64,000 nt of DNA, from NCBI GenBank assembly GCA_015490795.1, contig WFXD01000005.1:4690-68689 (forward strand), given 5' to 3'. This document shows, piece by piece, positions 40,021 through 49,175 of this stretch (the stretch's first letter is position 1; each line of letters starts with the position of its first letter). Under the pieces are notes generated by a model. The model had not been told where the DNA came from. It worked only from the letters and a program-made list of their open reading frames with translations, and searched no databases. Source of the stretch: Gammaproteobacteria bacterium. Lineage in GTDB: Bacteria; Pseudomonadota; Gammaproteobacteria; Chromatiales; Chromatiaceae. The translations under genes were made by a program, and so were the position numbers.

Positions 40021-40998
40021 ATGATACAGCGTTTTACCGCCCCTCTCCGGCCCTGCTTCCAGCAGAGTGGATGGCTGCTTGTGCTGGCTGCCCTGCTGCT
40101 CCCTGCCCAGCCGATTGCCGCTGCCCCGGATCTGCTCCCTGTCGAGCAGATCCGGGTCATTGAGGGTGGCGACAAACTTGGCCTGCGCCAGCCGAGCAGC
40201 GTACGGATCACCTCAGACAACCGCACCCTGGTGCTGGACGGCGTCTCAAACCGGGTTGTCATCTACAACCACGAAGGAAAATTCCAGGGCAGCTTTGGCA
40301 AAGGTGGCAGCGCAAAAGCGGAGCTCAGCCGCCCGCTGGGGATGACCCTCGATGCCAGGGATCATGTTTATATCGCCGACTCCGGCAATGCCCGTATCCA
40401 GATCTACAGCCCAGATGGCAAACATCTCAACCAGATCAAACTTCCCCAAAGCAAGCAGCAAAAAAGGCCCGACCCCACCGACCTGGCCATCGACAACCAG
40501 CGCCAACTGCTCTACGTGGTCGATAATGAAAACCACCAGGTGCTCGTCTATAGCCTGAAAGAGCGAAAATTCATCCGCACTGTGGGGGGGATGAGCCATC
40601 AGGAAGACGGCTTCCGCTGGCCCTTCTCCCTCTACATCGACGCCACCGGCAGGCTCTACATCGTCGATGTCATCAACACCCGGGTGCGCACCATCCTGCC
40701 TGAAAAGGGGTTTGGGTTTGGCCATGATATTGGCCGCTGGGGGGTCGAGAAGGGTGAGCTGTTCCGCCCCAAAGGGGTGGCAGTCGATGCCAGTGGGCAT
40801 ATCTTTATTAGCGACTCCTACCTCGGCGTCATCCAGATGTTCGACAAAAAAGGGAGATTCCAGGCCGTGCTCAGCGATGGTCAGGGCAAGATAAAGCACT
40901 TTACCACCCCGGCCCGGCTCTATTTTGACAACAACGGCCTCCTCTATGTGGTGGAGATGTTCGCCAACCGTATCAGCGTCTACCGTATCAAATCATGA
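40021..40998 (+). CDS. Secreted NHL-repeat six-bladed beta-propeller protein
   Basis: Signal peptide LLVLAALLLPAQPIAAAP. NHL-like blades (LSRPLGMTLDARDHVYIADSGNARIQIYSPDGK, FRPKGVAVDASGHIFISDSYLGVIQMFDKKG, and others). Confidence 0.85.
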   Translation: MIQRFTAPLRPCFQQSGWLLVLAALLLPAQPIAAAPDLLPVEQIRVIEGGDKLGLRQPSSVRITSDNRTLVLDGVSNRVVIYNHEGKFQGSFGKGGSAKAELSRPLGMTLDARDHVYIADSGNARIQIYSPDGKHLNQIKLPQSKQQKRPDPTDLAIDNQRQLLYVVDNENHQVLVYSLKERKFIRTVGGMSHQEDGFRWPFSLYIDATGRLYIVDVINTRVRTILPEKGFGFGHDIGRWGVEKGELFRPKGVAVDASGHIFISDSYLGVIQMFDKKGRFQAVLSDGQGKIKHFTTPARLYFDNNGLLYVVEMFANRISVYRIKS

Positions 40999-43900
40999 AG
41001 CAGTTGAGACTGGTTGGGCTTTTCCTGTTGCTGCCCCTGCTTTTGGCATCCACAGCAGCTGTTGCGGCCCCTTCAGGCCAGCAGCCCAATGCCTCGAAAG
41101 AGTGCGCCATGTGCCACCTGCGCTGGGTCGATGATTTTGATGGCAGCCATGCCGCAAACTACCTGCTCGATTTTACTGAAGAGAAGGTCGTAGCCACAGA
41201 GATGATGTGCTACAGCTGCCATGACGGCTCGATCGTGGACTCCCGCTTGCGGGTGTGGGAGACCAGCCGGCACAAGGCAGGGACAGACCCATCCAGCAAA
41301 ATCACGATTCCCGAGACCTTTCCGCTTGATCCACAAGGGCGGCTGACCTGTGCAACCTGCCATAGCGCACACGGTGTCGACTCAACGACCGACATCGGAT
41401 CGACCATCTTTTTGCGAGTGCCCAATGTCAACTCATCCATGTGCCGCCAGTGTCACAGTGACAAGGATGACGGCGTGGCAGCGGGCAAGCATCCGGTCGA
41501 TATCGTTTTTGATGAATTCCCACAAAAGATCCTCGATTTTGGCGGCAAGGCGGGCAAAGACAAGAGCGGCAAAAAGAGGACGGTTATCTGTGAAAGTTGT
41601 CACAATCCGCATGGCAGCACCAACGACCACTTTCTGGTAATCCCGAACAGCCAGAAGGGGGTAACCCACTCCAGCCTGTGTGAAACCTGTCACGGCGTCT
41701 CGCCGGATATTAAAAGTGCGGATGAGCTGCGGCGGTTTTCGCACCCGGTGGATGTGGATATTATCAAAGAGGTCAAACTGCCAGAGAGGTGGGATAACGG
41801 CGAAAGACCACTGCTGGCCGAAGGCCGGGTGATTAACTGCCGCACCTGTCACTCACCGCACAACGGCACGCGGGATAACCACCTGCTGGTGTCGAGCAAC
41901 AAACAGAGCAAACTCTGCCTGACCTGTCATACCTCGAAGAAAAAGCTGCTGAACACCAAACATGACCTGTCGACCAGCTTCCCCGATGAGAGGAACTCGG
42001 CAGGCCGGAGCGCAGCCGAGGCCGGCCCCTGCTTCTCCTGCCATTTTATGCACAAAGGAGAGGGGCCAAAGATGTGGGCGCGGGATATCGAGGGCGAAAG
42101 CATTGAGGATCTGTGCAAAAGCTGCCACGACAAAGAGAGGGTCGCAGAGCATGCCCTGACCGGCGCGCGCAGCCATCCGGTGGAGGTGCCCCCTTCCAGA
42201 AATATGGATGTGGGCAATCTGCCGCTCTATAGCGAACAGGGAGAGAGGCGCGCCGATGGTAACGTGACCTGCGCCTCCTGTCACGATCCTCATGTCTGGT
42301 CGGCATTGTCGGACGACCGGGGAGACAAAGGGGTAGAGGGCGACGGCACAAACAGCTTTCTGCGCCAGACGGCCGCACCACCCAGCGGTAGCCTCTGCCA
42401 AAGCTGTCACCGGGACAAAAAGCGCATCGCAAAAACCAAGCATGATCTGAATGTTACAGCGCCGAACGAAAAAAATGCCAGGCAGCAGACGCCAAAAGAG
42501 TCCGGGGTCTGTGGTGCATGCCATACAGCACATAACGCCAAGGCGGGCAAGCTCTGGAACAGGCCGCTGGGTGCAGGCGAGGATTATATCGAGCGCCTCT
42601 GCACCTCATGCCATGCCAAAGCGGGCATGGCCGCAGACAAGACAACGGGCAAGAGAAGCCACCCTGTTGGGGTCAAGCCAAAAGAGAGTGGCGACCTGCC
42701 GCTGTTTACGGCAGATGGGAGAAAGAGCGCCCGGGGCAATCTCTCTTGTGGCACCTGCCATGACCCTCATCGGTGGGCTGCGGGCAGTGATGAGCGTGGT
42801 GACAGCAAGGCAGAGGGTGATGGCAGCAACAGCTTCCTGAGAAAAACCAGCTCGGTCGAGAGCGAGCTCTGCCGCACCTGCCATGCCGAGAAATCGACCC
42901 TGCTGGGCAGCAAGCATGATATGCACGTCACCTTCCCCAAGGCCCGCAACAATCAGGCTCAAACCATTGGGCAGAGTGGCGTCTGCGGCATCTGCCATGT
43001 GCCACACAATGCAGATGGCAAACGGCTCTGGGCGCTGCGGCCACACAAGGTGGAAGACCCCTACGAAACATTGTGTCTCTCATGCCATGCAAAAGGCGGA
43101 ATGGCTGAAAAGAAGACGACAGGCTCCATTACCCATCCGCTGGGCAAGCAGCCCAATATGCAGCCACAGTTCCGAGGCAAGCTGCCGCTGTTTGACAAAG
43201 AGGGCAAACGGGATGACGAGGCGGGCACGGTCTCTTGCCCCACCTGCCACAACGTACACCAATGGGACCCCCGGGTTACCGAAGAGCAGACATCTCGCGG
43301 CAAAGGGCGGGAAGGCGACCGTAACAACAGCTTCCTGCGGGTCCCCTATGATGAAGATGCCACCCTCTGTGCAGCCTGCCATAAAGATAATGCACTGGTT
43401 ATTGATACAGACCATGATTTGCGTATCACCTCCCCGAACACTGTCAACCTGAGTCACGAAACAGTGGACGATGCAGGTGTCTGTAGCGCCTGCCACCTGG
43501 TGCACAATGCATGGGGTAACCTCCTGTGGGCACGAGGGGTTGGTGTGGGCAGCAGCCGGAATCAGGCGTTATGCACAGGCTGTCATGCCCGGCGTAAATC
43601 AGCGAGCAGAAAGGTGATCGGTGAGCCGACCCACCCCATGAAACGGATCGCAGATGCGCGGCCCACACTGCGCAAGGAGGCGCGCAGATTCTACAGAAAA
43701 AAACGTGGAGAAGAGGCAGCGCCAAAGGATGAAGCGGTGAAGCTGCCGCTCTTCACAAAAAATGGCGAGCAGTCAACAAATGGCGATATGGCCTGCTCAA
43801 CCTGTCACAACGTACACCGTTGGGATCCTGAAAAGCCAGAGAGAGGGCCAGGCAAAAAAACAGAAGGTGATGCAGGCAACAGCTTTCTGCGCAAATCCAA

Positions 43901-44672
43901 CCTGGATGGCCCAAAGCTGTGCGTGACCTGCCATGCCAGCAAGGGCTATGTTGTGGGCACAGATCATGACCTCTCCATAACCAACCCCGACGCCAAAAAC
44001 GGCCTGAACAAGACTGTAGCAGAGAGTGGCGTCTGTAGTCCGTGCCATGTCCCGCATGGTGCGAAAGGTGAGGGCTATCTGCTATGGGCAAGAGAAGAGG
44101 GGGAGGGGAGCAATCTGCATCAGGAACGGATCTGCCTGAGTTGCCATGAAAAAGGCGGGCCGGGAGAGAAGAAGATCGTTGAGCACTTTTCTCATCCGCA
44201 ATCAATAATAGTTCCAGAGCTGCACCGTCCGGGCAGCAGCAAATATGCGCCGGTTTACAATGTAGCGGGGCAAAAGGTAAATGCGGGGCTGATTGCATGC
44301 CCAACCTGCCACAACCCGCACCAATGGACCTCAAGCAGAAAGAGCACGGGCCCGGGGAAAGAGGTGGAAGGCAACAACAGAAACAGCTTTCTGCGGTTTA
44401 AAAGCTCAGGAAATATCTGTAGAAATTGCCACGGTATCGACAGCTTGCAGCGCTATAAATATTTTCACATGGATGATATCAGAGCCTCAGACCGAGCCGC
44501 CCGGGGCAGAGCGTCGGCAGGCGCGGCAACCAAACCGCCAGCAAAAGAGAGCCTGCCGGCAAGCAGGCCTGTGATGCAGGGGAGGGGCGAGCGCAGAGCC
44601 CCCAGCATGTCAGAGCGCCGTCGGGCGCTTATGGAGCGACGTTATCAAAAAGAGATGGGCACAGATCCTTAG
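40995..44672 (+). CDS. Giant secreted multihaem c-type cytochrome (28 CXXCH motifs, 1225 aa)
   Basis: ATGA overlap with the NHL gene. Signal peptide. I counted 28 CXXCH: 7 N-terminal, five tandem 4-haem modules each ending EGDxxNSFLR, and 1 more. Basic, apparently disordered C-terminal tail. Confidence 0.9.
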   Translation: MKQLRLVGLFLLLPLLLASTAAVAAPSGQQPNASKECAMCHLRWVDDFDGSHAANYLLDFTEEKVVATEMMCYSCHDGSIVDSRLRVWETSRHKAGTDPSSKITIPETFPLDPQGRLTCATCHSAHGVDSTTDIGSTIFLRVPNVNSSMCRQCHSDKDDGVAAGKHPVDIVFDEFPQKILDFGGKAGKDKSGKKRTVICESCHNPHGSTNDHFLVIPNSQKGVTHSSLCETCHGVSPDIKSADELRRFSHPVDVDIIKEVKLPERWDNGERPLLAEGRVINCRTCHSPHNGTRDNHLLVSSNKQSKLCLTCHTSKKKLLNTKHDLSTSFPDERNSAGRSAAEAGPCFSCHFMHKGEGPKMWARDIEGESIEDLCKSCHDKERVAEHALTGARSHPVEVPPSRNMDVGNLPLYSEQGERRADGNVTCASCHDPHVWSALSDDRGDKGVEGDGTNSFLRQTAAPPSGSLCQSCHRDKKRIAKTKHDLNVTAPNEKNARQQTPKESGVCGACHTAHNAKAGKLWNRPLGAGEDYIERLCTSCHAKAGMAADKTTGKRSHPVGVKPKESGDLPLFTADGRKSARGNLSCGTCHDPHRWAAGSDERGDSKAEGDGSNSFLRKTSSVESELCRTCHAEKSTLLGSKHDMHVTFPKARNNQAQTIGQSGVCGICHVPHNADGKRLWALRPHKVEDPYETLCLSCHAKGGMAEKKTTGSITHPLGKQPNMQPQFRGKLPLFDKEGKRDDEAGTVSCPTCHNVHQWDPRVTEEQTSRGKGREGDRNNSFLRVPYDEDATLCAACHKDNALVIDTDHDLRITSPNTVNLSHETVDDAGVCSACHLVHNAWGNLLWARGVGVGSSRNQALCTGCHARRKSASRKVIGEPTHPMKRIADARPTLRKEARRFYRKKRGEEAAPKDEAVKLPLFTKNGEQSTNGDMACSTCHNVHRWDPEKPERGPGKKTEGDAGNSFLRKSNLDGPKLCVTCHASKGYVVGTDHDLSITNPDAKNGLNKTVAESGVCSPCHVPHGAKGEGYLLWAREEGEGSNLHQERICLSCHEKGGPGEKKIVEHFSHPQSIIVPELHRPGSSKYAPVYNVAGQKVNAGLIACPTCHNPHQWTSSRKSTGPGKEVEGNNRNSFLRFKSSGNICRNCHGIDSLQRYKYFHMDDIRASDRAARGRASAGAATKPPAKESLPASRPVMQGRGERRAPSMSERRRALMERRYQKEMGTDP

Positions 44673-44774
44673 GAGCCTGTCTTTTTGAAAAACCAGTTGC
44701 CGGGGTGGCTCCCTGTTGGTGTAAGATGGCTCAAATGGGAAACAGAGCGAATGGCAGAAGGGTAACTTCATACG

Positions 44775-46733
44775 ATGCCTGATCATATCCCAGCCATTGA
44801 GGTGATCCAGGGGCCATCGGTTACCGCAGCCCCTCAGCGCAGCCTGCATGGGCGCAGGTCGCGGCGCCTCTGGGTATTCCTGATCGTATTTCTCCTGTGT
44901 GCCGCCGCCGGGCTGTTTTATACCTACTCCCGGCCTGCGGTCTATCGTACTACAGCCGCCCTGTTAACGGTCGCCATGCCAGCGGTGGACCAGCAGGGCG
45001 CAGCAGCAGACATCCAGCATGTCGCTATCCAGAGCCAGCTTTTGCTGGGCCAGCCCCTGTTGCAAGAGGTGCTGGAGAGGCTGGAGCAGGGAGGCGGCTT
45101 TCGATATATCAACAGCGTTGCCCAGCTACAGGGGATGCTCTCCGTTGAGCCGCTTAGCGATACCAATATTGTCAATTTGAGTGCCGAAGGGCCGATCCCG
45201 GAGGCGCTGCCCGCCGTGGTAAACACCTGGGTGAATGTCTATCTCGAAATGCGCGCCCGGAAGATCAAAGAGGCCACCGGCACAACGACCCAGGCCCTGA
45301 AGGAGCAGCATCAGGCCCTTGCGGCCAAGGTTGAGACCAAGCGCGCCGAACTGGACAGGTTCCGTCAGGAGCACGACATCCTAAGCATGGGGCGCGATGA
45401 AAACCAGGTTCTTGCCCGGCTGAAGGGGCTGACCCAGGCGCTCAACGCCGCCAGTGAAGAGGAGGTAAAGGCAAAGGCGGCGCTGGAGACCATTCATAAA
45501 GCCATCGCCAAGGGCAAACCTGTGGTTCCCAGAGATGAGCAGAGAAGCCTGGCGGCGCTGGAGTCCCGCGCCCAGTTGCTCAAAGAGAAGCTGACGGCGC
45601 TGCAACGCCGTTATACCGACGCCTTTATCGCTATCGACCCCAATCTCAAGACCATTCCCAAACAGCTGAAGGAGATTCAACAGGAGATCAAAACGAAGGT
45701 TGAATATGGCCGGAAGACGGTGCTGGCCGATGTGGAGCAGAAATGGGCGATTGCACGGCAATCGGTAGCAGAGTTGCAGGCCCAGCTGAAGGGGCATAAA
45801 AGCAAGGCAACCCTCTTTACCGCGCGTTTTGCCGAACATGAGGCGCTACAGGAGGATCTGGCCCGCCTGGAAGAGCTCTACCGCACCACCGAGGAGCGCT
45901 TGGTGGCGATCGAGGTGCAGAATCGGCAGAAGTTCCCGCAGGTCAATATACTGGAGTATGCCCAGCTGCCTGCTCACCCGGTGCGGCCGCAATATACGCG
46001 TGATGCTGCTATCGCCCTGGTGGCATCGCTGCTGACAGCGCTGTTTGCCGTCTGGCTGGTCGAGTTTCTTTTGCGCAAGGAGAGAAGGGATGAACCCCAG
46101 ACCCTGGCAGGCCTGCACCTCTACACCGGGCAGCAGCGACCAGCCATAGACCCACCGGCTCCAGTCGCCGCCATCAATGGGCAAGCGCATACTGCACTGC
46201 CACAGCCGGCAGGCACAGAGCTGGATATGGAGGAGATCCGGCAGCTGTTCGAGCAATCAGACACCATTGGACAACAGCTGATTGCACTGCTGCTGAGCGG
46301 ACTGACCCTGGAAGAGGTGGCCAGGATAGAGCGATGCTGTTTCGACTTCAAAGAGAGCAGGCTTCGGGTGCCTGGATATCAGGAGCGGGCCATCACCCTG
46401 GCGCCATCGGTTTTGAAGCTCTTTGCCGAAATTGAACCTGCCCCTGCCAATGAAGAGCTGGAAATCGCGACAACCTCCACAGCGGAGCTAGTGGCAAAAA
46501 TCACACTGGTGGCGGTAGATGCCGGACTCAGCGAACCGGAACGGATAAATGCTCAATCCCTCCGGCACAGCTATCTCACCTATCTGGTGCGGCAGGGGAT
46601 AAAGTTGTCTGAAGTGAACAAAGTTGTGGGTGGCATATCAGCAACGCAGCTTGCCGCCTATGCACAGCTGTCGCCGGATGGCCCCGGCAAACCCCTGGAA
46701 GAGATCGACCTCGTCTACCCGTTGTTCAGATGA
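44775..46733 (+). CDS. Polysaccharide co-polymerase (Wzz/GumC-like) membrane protein fused to a degenerate tyrosine-recombinase-like C-terminal domain
   Basis: TM1 LWVFLIVFLLCAAAGLF, a long periplasmic coiled-coil region, then TM2 AAIALVASLLTALFAVWLVEFLL. Cytoplasmic tail has LLLSGLTLEEV...RAITLAP...SLRHSYLTYLVRQGIKLSEVNKVVGGISATQLAAYAQL. Confidence 0.7.
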   Translation: MPDHIPAIEVIQGPSVTAAPQRSLHGRRSRRLWVFLIVFLLCAAAGLFYTYSRPAVYRTTAALLTVAMPAVDQQGAAADIQHVAIQSQLLLGQPLLQEVLERLEQGGGFRYINSVAQLQGMLSVEPLSDTNIVNLSAEGPIPEALPAVVNTWVNVYLEMRARKIKEATGTTTQALKEQHQALAAKVETKRAELDRFRQEHDILSMGRDENQVLARLKGLTQALNAASEEEVKAKAALETIHKAIAKGKPVVPRDEQRSLAALESRAQLLKEKLTALQRRYTDAFIAIDPNLKTIPKQLKEIQQEIKTKVEYGRKTVLADVEQKWAIARQSVAELQAQLKGHKSKATLFTARFAEHEALQEDLARLEELYRTTEERLVAIEVQNRQKFPQVNILEYAQLPAHPVRPQYTRDAAIALVASLLTALFAVWLVEFLLRKERRDEPQTLAGLHLYTGQQRPAIDPPAPVAAINGQAHTALPQPAGTELDMEEIRQLFEQSDTIGQQLIALLLSGLTLEEVARIERCCFDFKESRLRVPGYQERAITLAPSVLKLFAEIEPAPANEELEIATTSTAELVAKITLVAVDAGLSEPERINAQSLRHSYLTYLVRQGIKLSEVNKVVGGISATQLAAYAQLSPDGPGKPLEEIDLVYPLFR

Positions 46734-46824
46734 AAGCGTATATAGAAAACCAGAAGCCACATCAATCCGGCCAAGCTGTTGACCGCCCTCTACAACCCAT
46801 CTCCCCAGTGAGGAGGATGCGTGA

Positions 46825-47679
46825 TCAGCGCTTCTGTCGCCCTCTCCCCGGTCTGCCTGCCGGTTTTTGTCTCCGGCCTTTGCTGGGTGCTGGCCTCTCC
46901 GTACGGTGCGCTCTCTTCTCGTCCTTTAAGCCTGCGGCCTGCAAGAGCTGCTTTAGCTCGTCGGGCTCCAGCGGGCGGGATCTCCCGGCAAACAGCCGGT
47001 TGCCCATGACAATGGGGCCAAACCTTACCCGGATTAGACGGCTGACAGTGGCCCCTGTTGCCTCCCACAGGCGTCGAACCTCGCGCTTGCGCCCCTCCAT
47101 GATGACCACATGAAACCAGCGGTTGGCTCCAGTTCCGCCACTTTCGACAATATGCTCAAAGCGGGCCGGGCCATCCTCCAGTTCAATGCCGTTGACCATG
47201 CTTTTGAGCATATCTTCAGTCACCCTGCCCAGGATACGCACCGCATACTCCCGTTCAATGAGCTGTGATGGATGCATCAATCGGTTGGCCAGTTCGCCAT
47301 CGGTGGTAAACAGCAGCAGCCCGGCACTGTTGATATCCAGACGCCCCACAGCGATCCAGCGTCCGCTTTTCAGCCGTGGCAGGCGTGAAAAGACGGTTGG
47401 CCTCCCCTCCGGGTCAGCGCGTGTCACCAGCTCACCTTCCGGCTTGTTATAGATGATGACCTGCCGCTCCGGGGCGCTCAGGCGGGCAGGCTTTAGCGGC
47501 TTGTCATCCAGCTTTATCTGTTCGTCACCACTGATGCGGCAACCCAGGCTGGCCAGCTGGCCATTGACCTTGATGCGCCCTGCTTTTATCCAGGTTTCAA
47601 TCTCTCGGCGAGAGCCAAGGCCGGCGTTGGCCAGCACCTTTTGCAGCCGTTCACCTTGTGGCGGAGTGGGGTTTGTCAC
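46825..47679 (-). CDS. rluB: 23S rRNA pseudouridine synthase B
   Basis: S4 domain (ERLQKVLANAGLGSRREIE); GRLDINSAGLLLFT catalytic motif; Arg/Lys-rich tail. Confidence 0.92.
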   Translation of the reverse strand: MTNPTPPQGERLQKVLANAGLGSRREIETWIKAGRIKVNGQLASLGCRISGDEQIKLDDKPLKPARLSAPERQVIIYNKPEGELVTRADPEGRPTVFSRLPRLKSGRWIAVGRLDINSAGLLLFTTDGELANRLMHPSQLIEREYAVRILGRVTEDMLKSMVNGIELEDGPARFEHIVESGGTGANRWFHVVIMEGRKREVRRLWEATGATVSRLIRVRFGPIVMGNRLFAGRSRPLEPDELKQLLQAAGLKDEKRAHRTERPAPSKGRRQKPAGRPGRGRQKR

Positions 47680-47693
47680 AGTATTTGAAGGCC

Positions 47694-48323
47694 TTATGGG
47701 GGTGGTTTTGATTCACTGTCCACTGCGGCAGGCTCGTGGCTGGCACCGGCAGTTATGCCTGGCAGCTCAAGATCAAGCTCCTGGTTGATAGTGTCGAGAT
47801 CCCTGATCTCGGCAAGCGTTGGCAGTTCAGAGAGTGATTTCAGGTTGAAGTAGTCCAGGAACCCTTTGGTGGTTGCATAGAGTGAGGGTTTCCCCGGCAC
47901 ATCCCGGTGTCCCACCACGCGCACCCATTCGCGCTCCAGCAGGGTTTTGATGATATTGGTGCTTACGCTGACGCCGCGCACCTCTTCAATCTCGCCGCGG
48001 GTGATCGGCTGGCGATAGGCGATCAGCGCCAGGGTCTCCATCAGGGCGCGTGAATAGCGCGCCGGCCGCTCTGCCCAAAGGCGTGATATCCAGGGTGCGA
48101 ACTCTGATCTGACCTGGATGCGAAAGCCGGAAGCGACCTCAAGCAGCTCAATCCCGCGCCCCTGATACTCCTCCGCCAGTGCCTGCAGCGCTGCTCTAAC
48201 GGCCTGTCGCTCAGGCAGATCGGTCACATCAAACAGCGCCAGCAGCTCGTCCAGGGTCAGTGGTTTGCCTGCTGCCAGCAGTGCCGCCTCAATGATTGAT
48301 TTTAACCGTTGCTCAGTAGGCAT
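47694..48323 (-). CDS. scpB: Segregation and condensation protein B
   Basis: ScpB-like winged-helix repeats (IIEAALLAAGKPLTLDEL...ITRGEIEEVRGV). Directly follows scpA. Confidence 0.9.
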   Translation of the reverse strand: MPTEQRLKSIIEAALLAAGKPLTLDELLALFDVTDLPERQAVRAALQALAEEYQGRGIELLEVASGFRIQVRSEFAPWISRLWAERPARYSRALMETLALIAYRQPITRGEIEEVRGVSVSTNIIKTLLEREWVRVVGHRDVPGKPSLYATTKGFLDYFNLKSLSELPTLAEIRDLDTINQELDLELPGITAGASHEPAAVDSESKPPP

Positions 48324-48331
48324 GGCCTGAC

Positions 48332-49162
48332 TCAGGTGGAAGATGAGGCAGCTTTAACATGAATCGGGCCGTAGGGTTCTGTCTGAACCAGTTCGAGCAG
48401 TGCGCCTTTTATCAGCTCTAATATCGCCAGAAAGGTGACGACGACCCCGGCGCGCCCCTCTGTATAATCGAACAGCCGGGTGAACGCTGTGAAGGTGTCG
48501 CTGTTCACTCGATCCAGCACGATGGACATTCTTTCTCGTACCGAAAGTGGCTCCATTTTGATGTGCAGGTTACTAAACATATCTGCACGCTGAAGCACAT
48601 CTTTAAAGGAGAGCAGCAGCTCCTGCATGGATAGATCGGGCTGCCGCTTTTCTATAATACGGTCTGGCGCCTCAATCTCCAATGGGAAGGTATCGCGCCC
48701 CTGCTGTGGCAGGGCATCAAGATCTTCAGCCGCCTGCTTGTAGCGCTCATACTCCTGCAACCGCCGGATCAGTTCGGCGCGCGGGTCGTGTTCGTCACTC
48801 TCATCACTGCTCACCCGTGGCAGCAGCATGCGGGATTTGATCTCGGCCAGCATGGCGGCCATAAGCAGGTACTCTCCAGCCAGCTCCAGGCGCAGCTCTT
48901 TCATCAGCTCCACATACTCCATGTATTGCGTGGTGATCTGGGCAACCGGGATATTGAGAATATCCAGGTTTTGACGCTTGATCAGGTAGAGCAGCAGATC
49001 CAGTGGCCCTTCGAAGGCGTCGAGAAAAACCTCCAGCGCGTCGGGCGGGATGTAGAGATCCCTGGGCATGGTCGAGAGAACCTCTCCCTGCACCATGGCA
49101 AAGGGCATCTCTGCCTGCTGTGGGTGAGGGGCGCCAATCCCGGTAATCTCTCGCTGCTCCAT
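48332..49162 (-). CDS. scpA: Segregation and condensation protein A (kleisin)
   Basis: FEGPLDLLLYLIKRQNLDILNIPVAQIT is the typical ScpA N-terminus. Confidence 0.9.
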   Translation of the reverse strand: MEQREITGIGAPHPQQAEMPFAMVQGEVLSTMPRDLYIPPDALEVFLDAFEGPLDLLLYLIKRQNLDILNIPVAQITTQYMEYVELMKELRLELAGEYLLMAAMLAEIKSRMLLPRVSSDESDEHDPRAELIRRLQEYERYKQAAEDLDALPQQGRDTFPLEIEAPDRIIEKRQPDLSMQELLLSFKDVLQRADMFSNLHIKMEPLSVRERMSIVLDRVNSDTFTAFTRLFDYTEGRAGVVVTFLAILELIKGALLELVQTEPYGPIHVKAASSST

Positions 49163-49175
49163 GAGCTGTATTATC

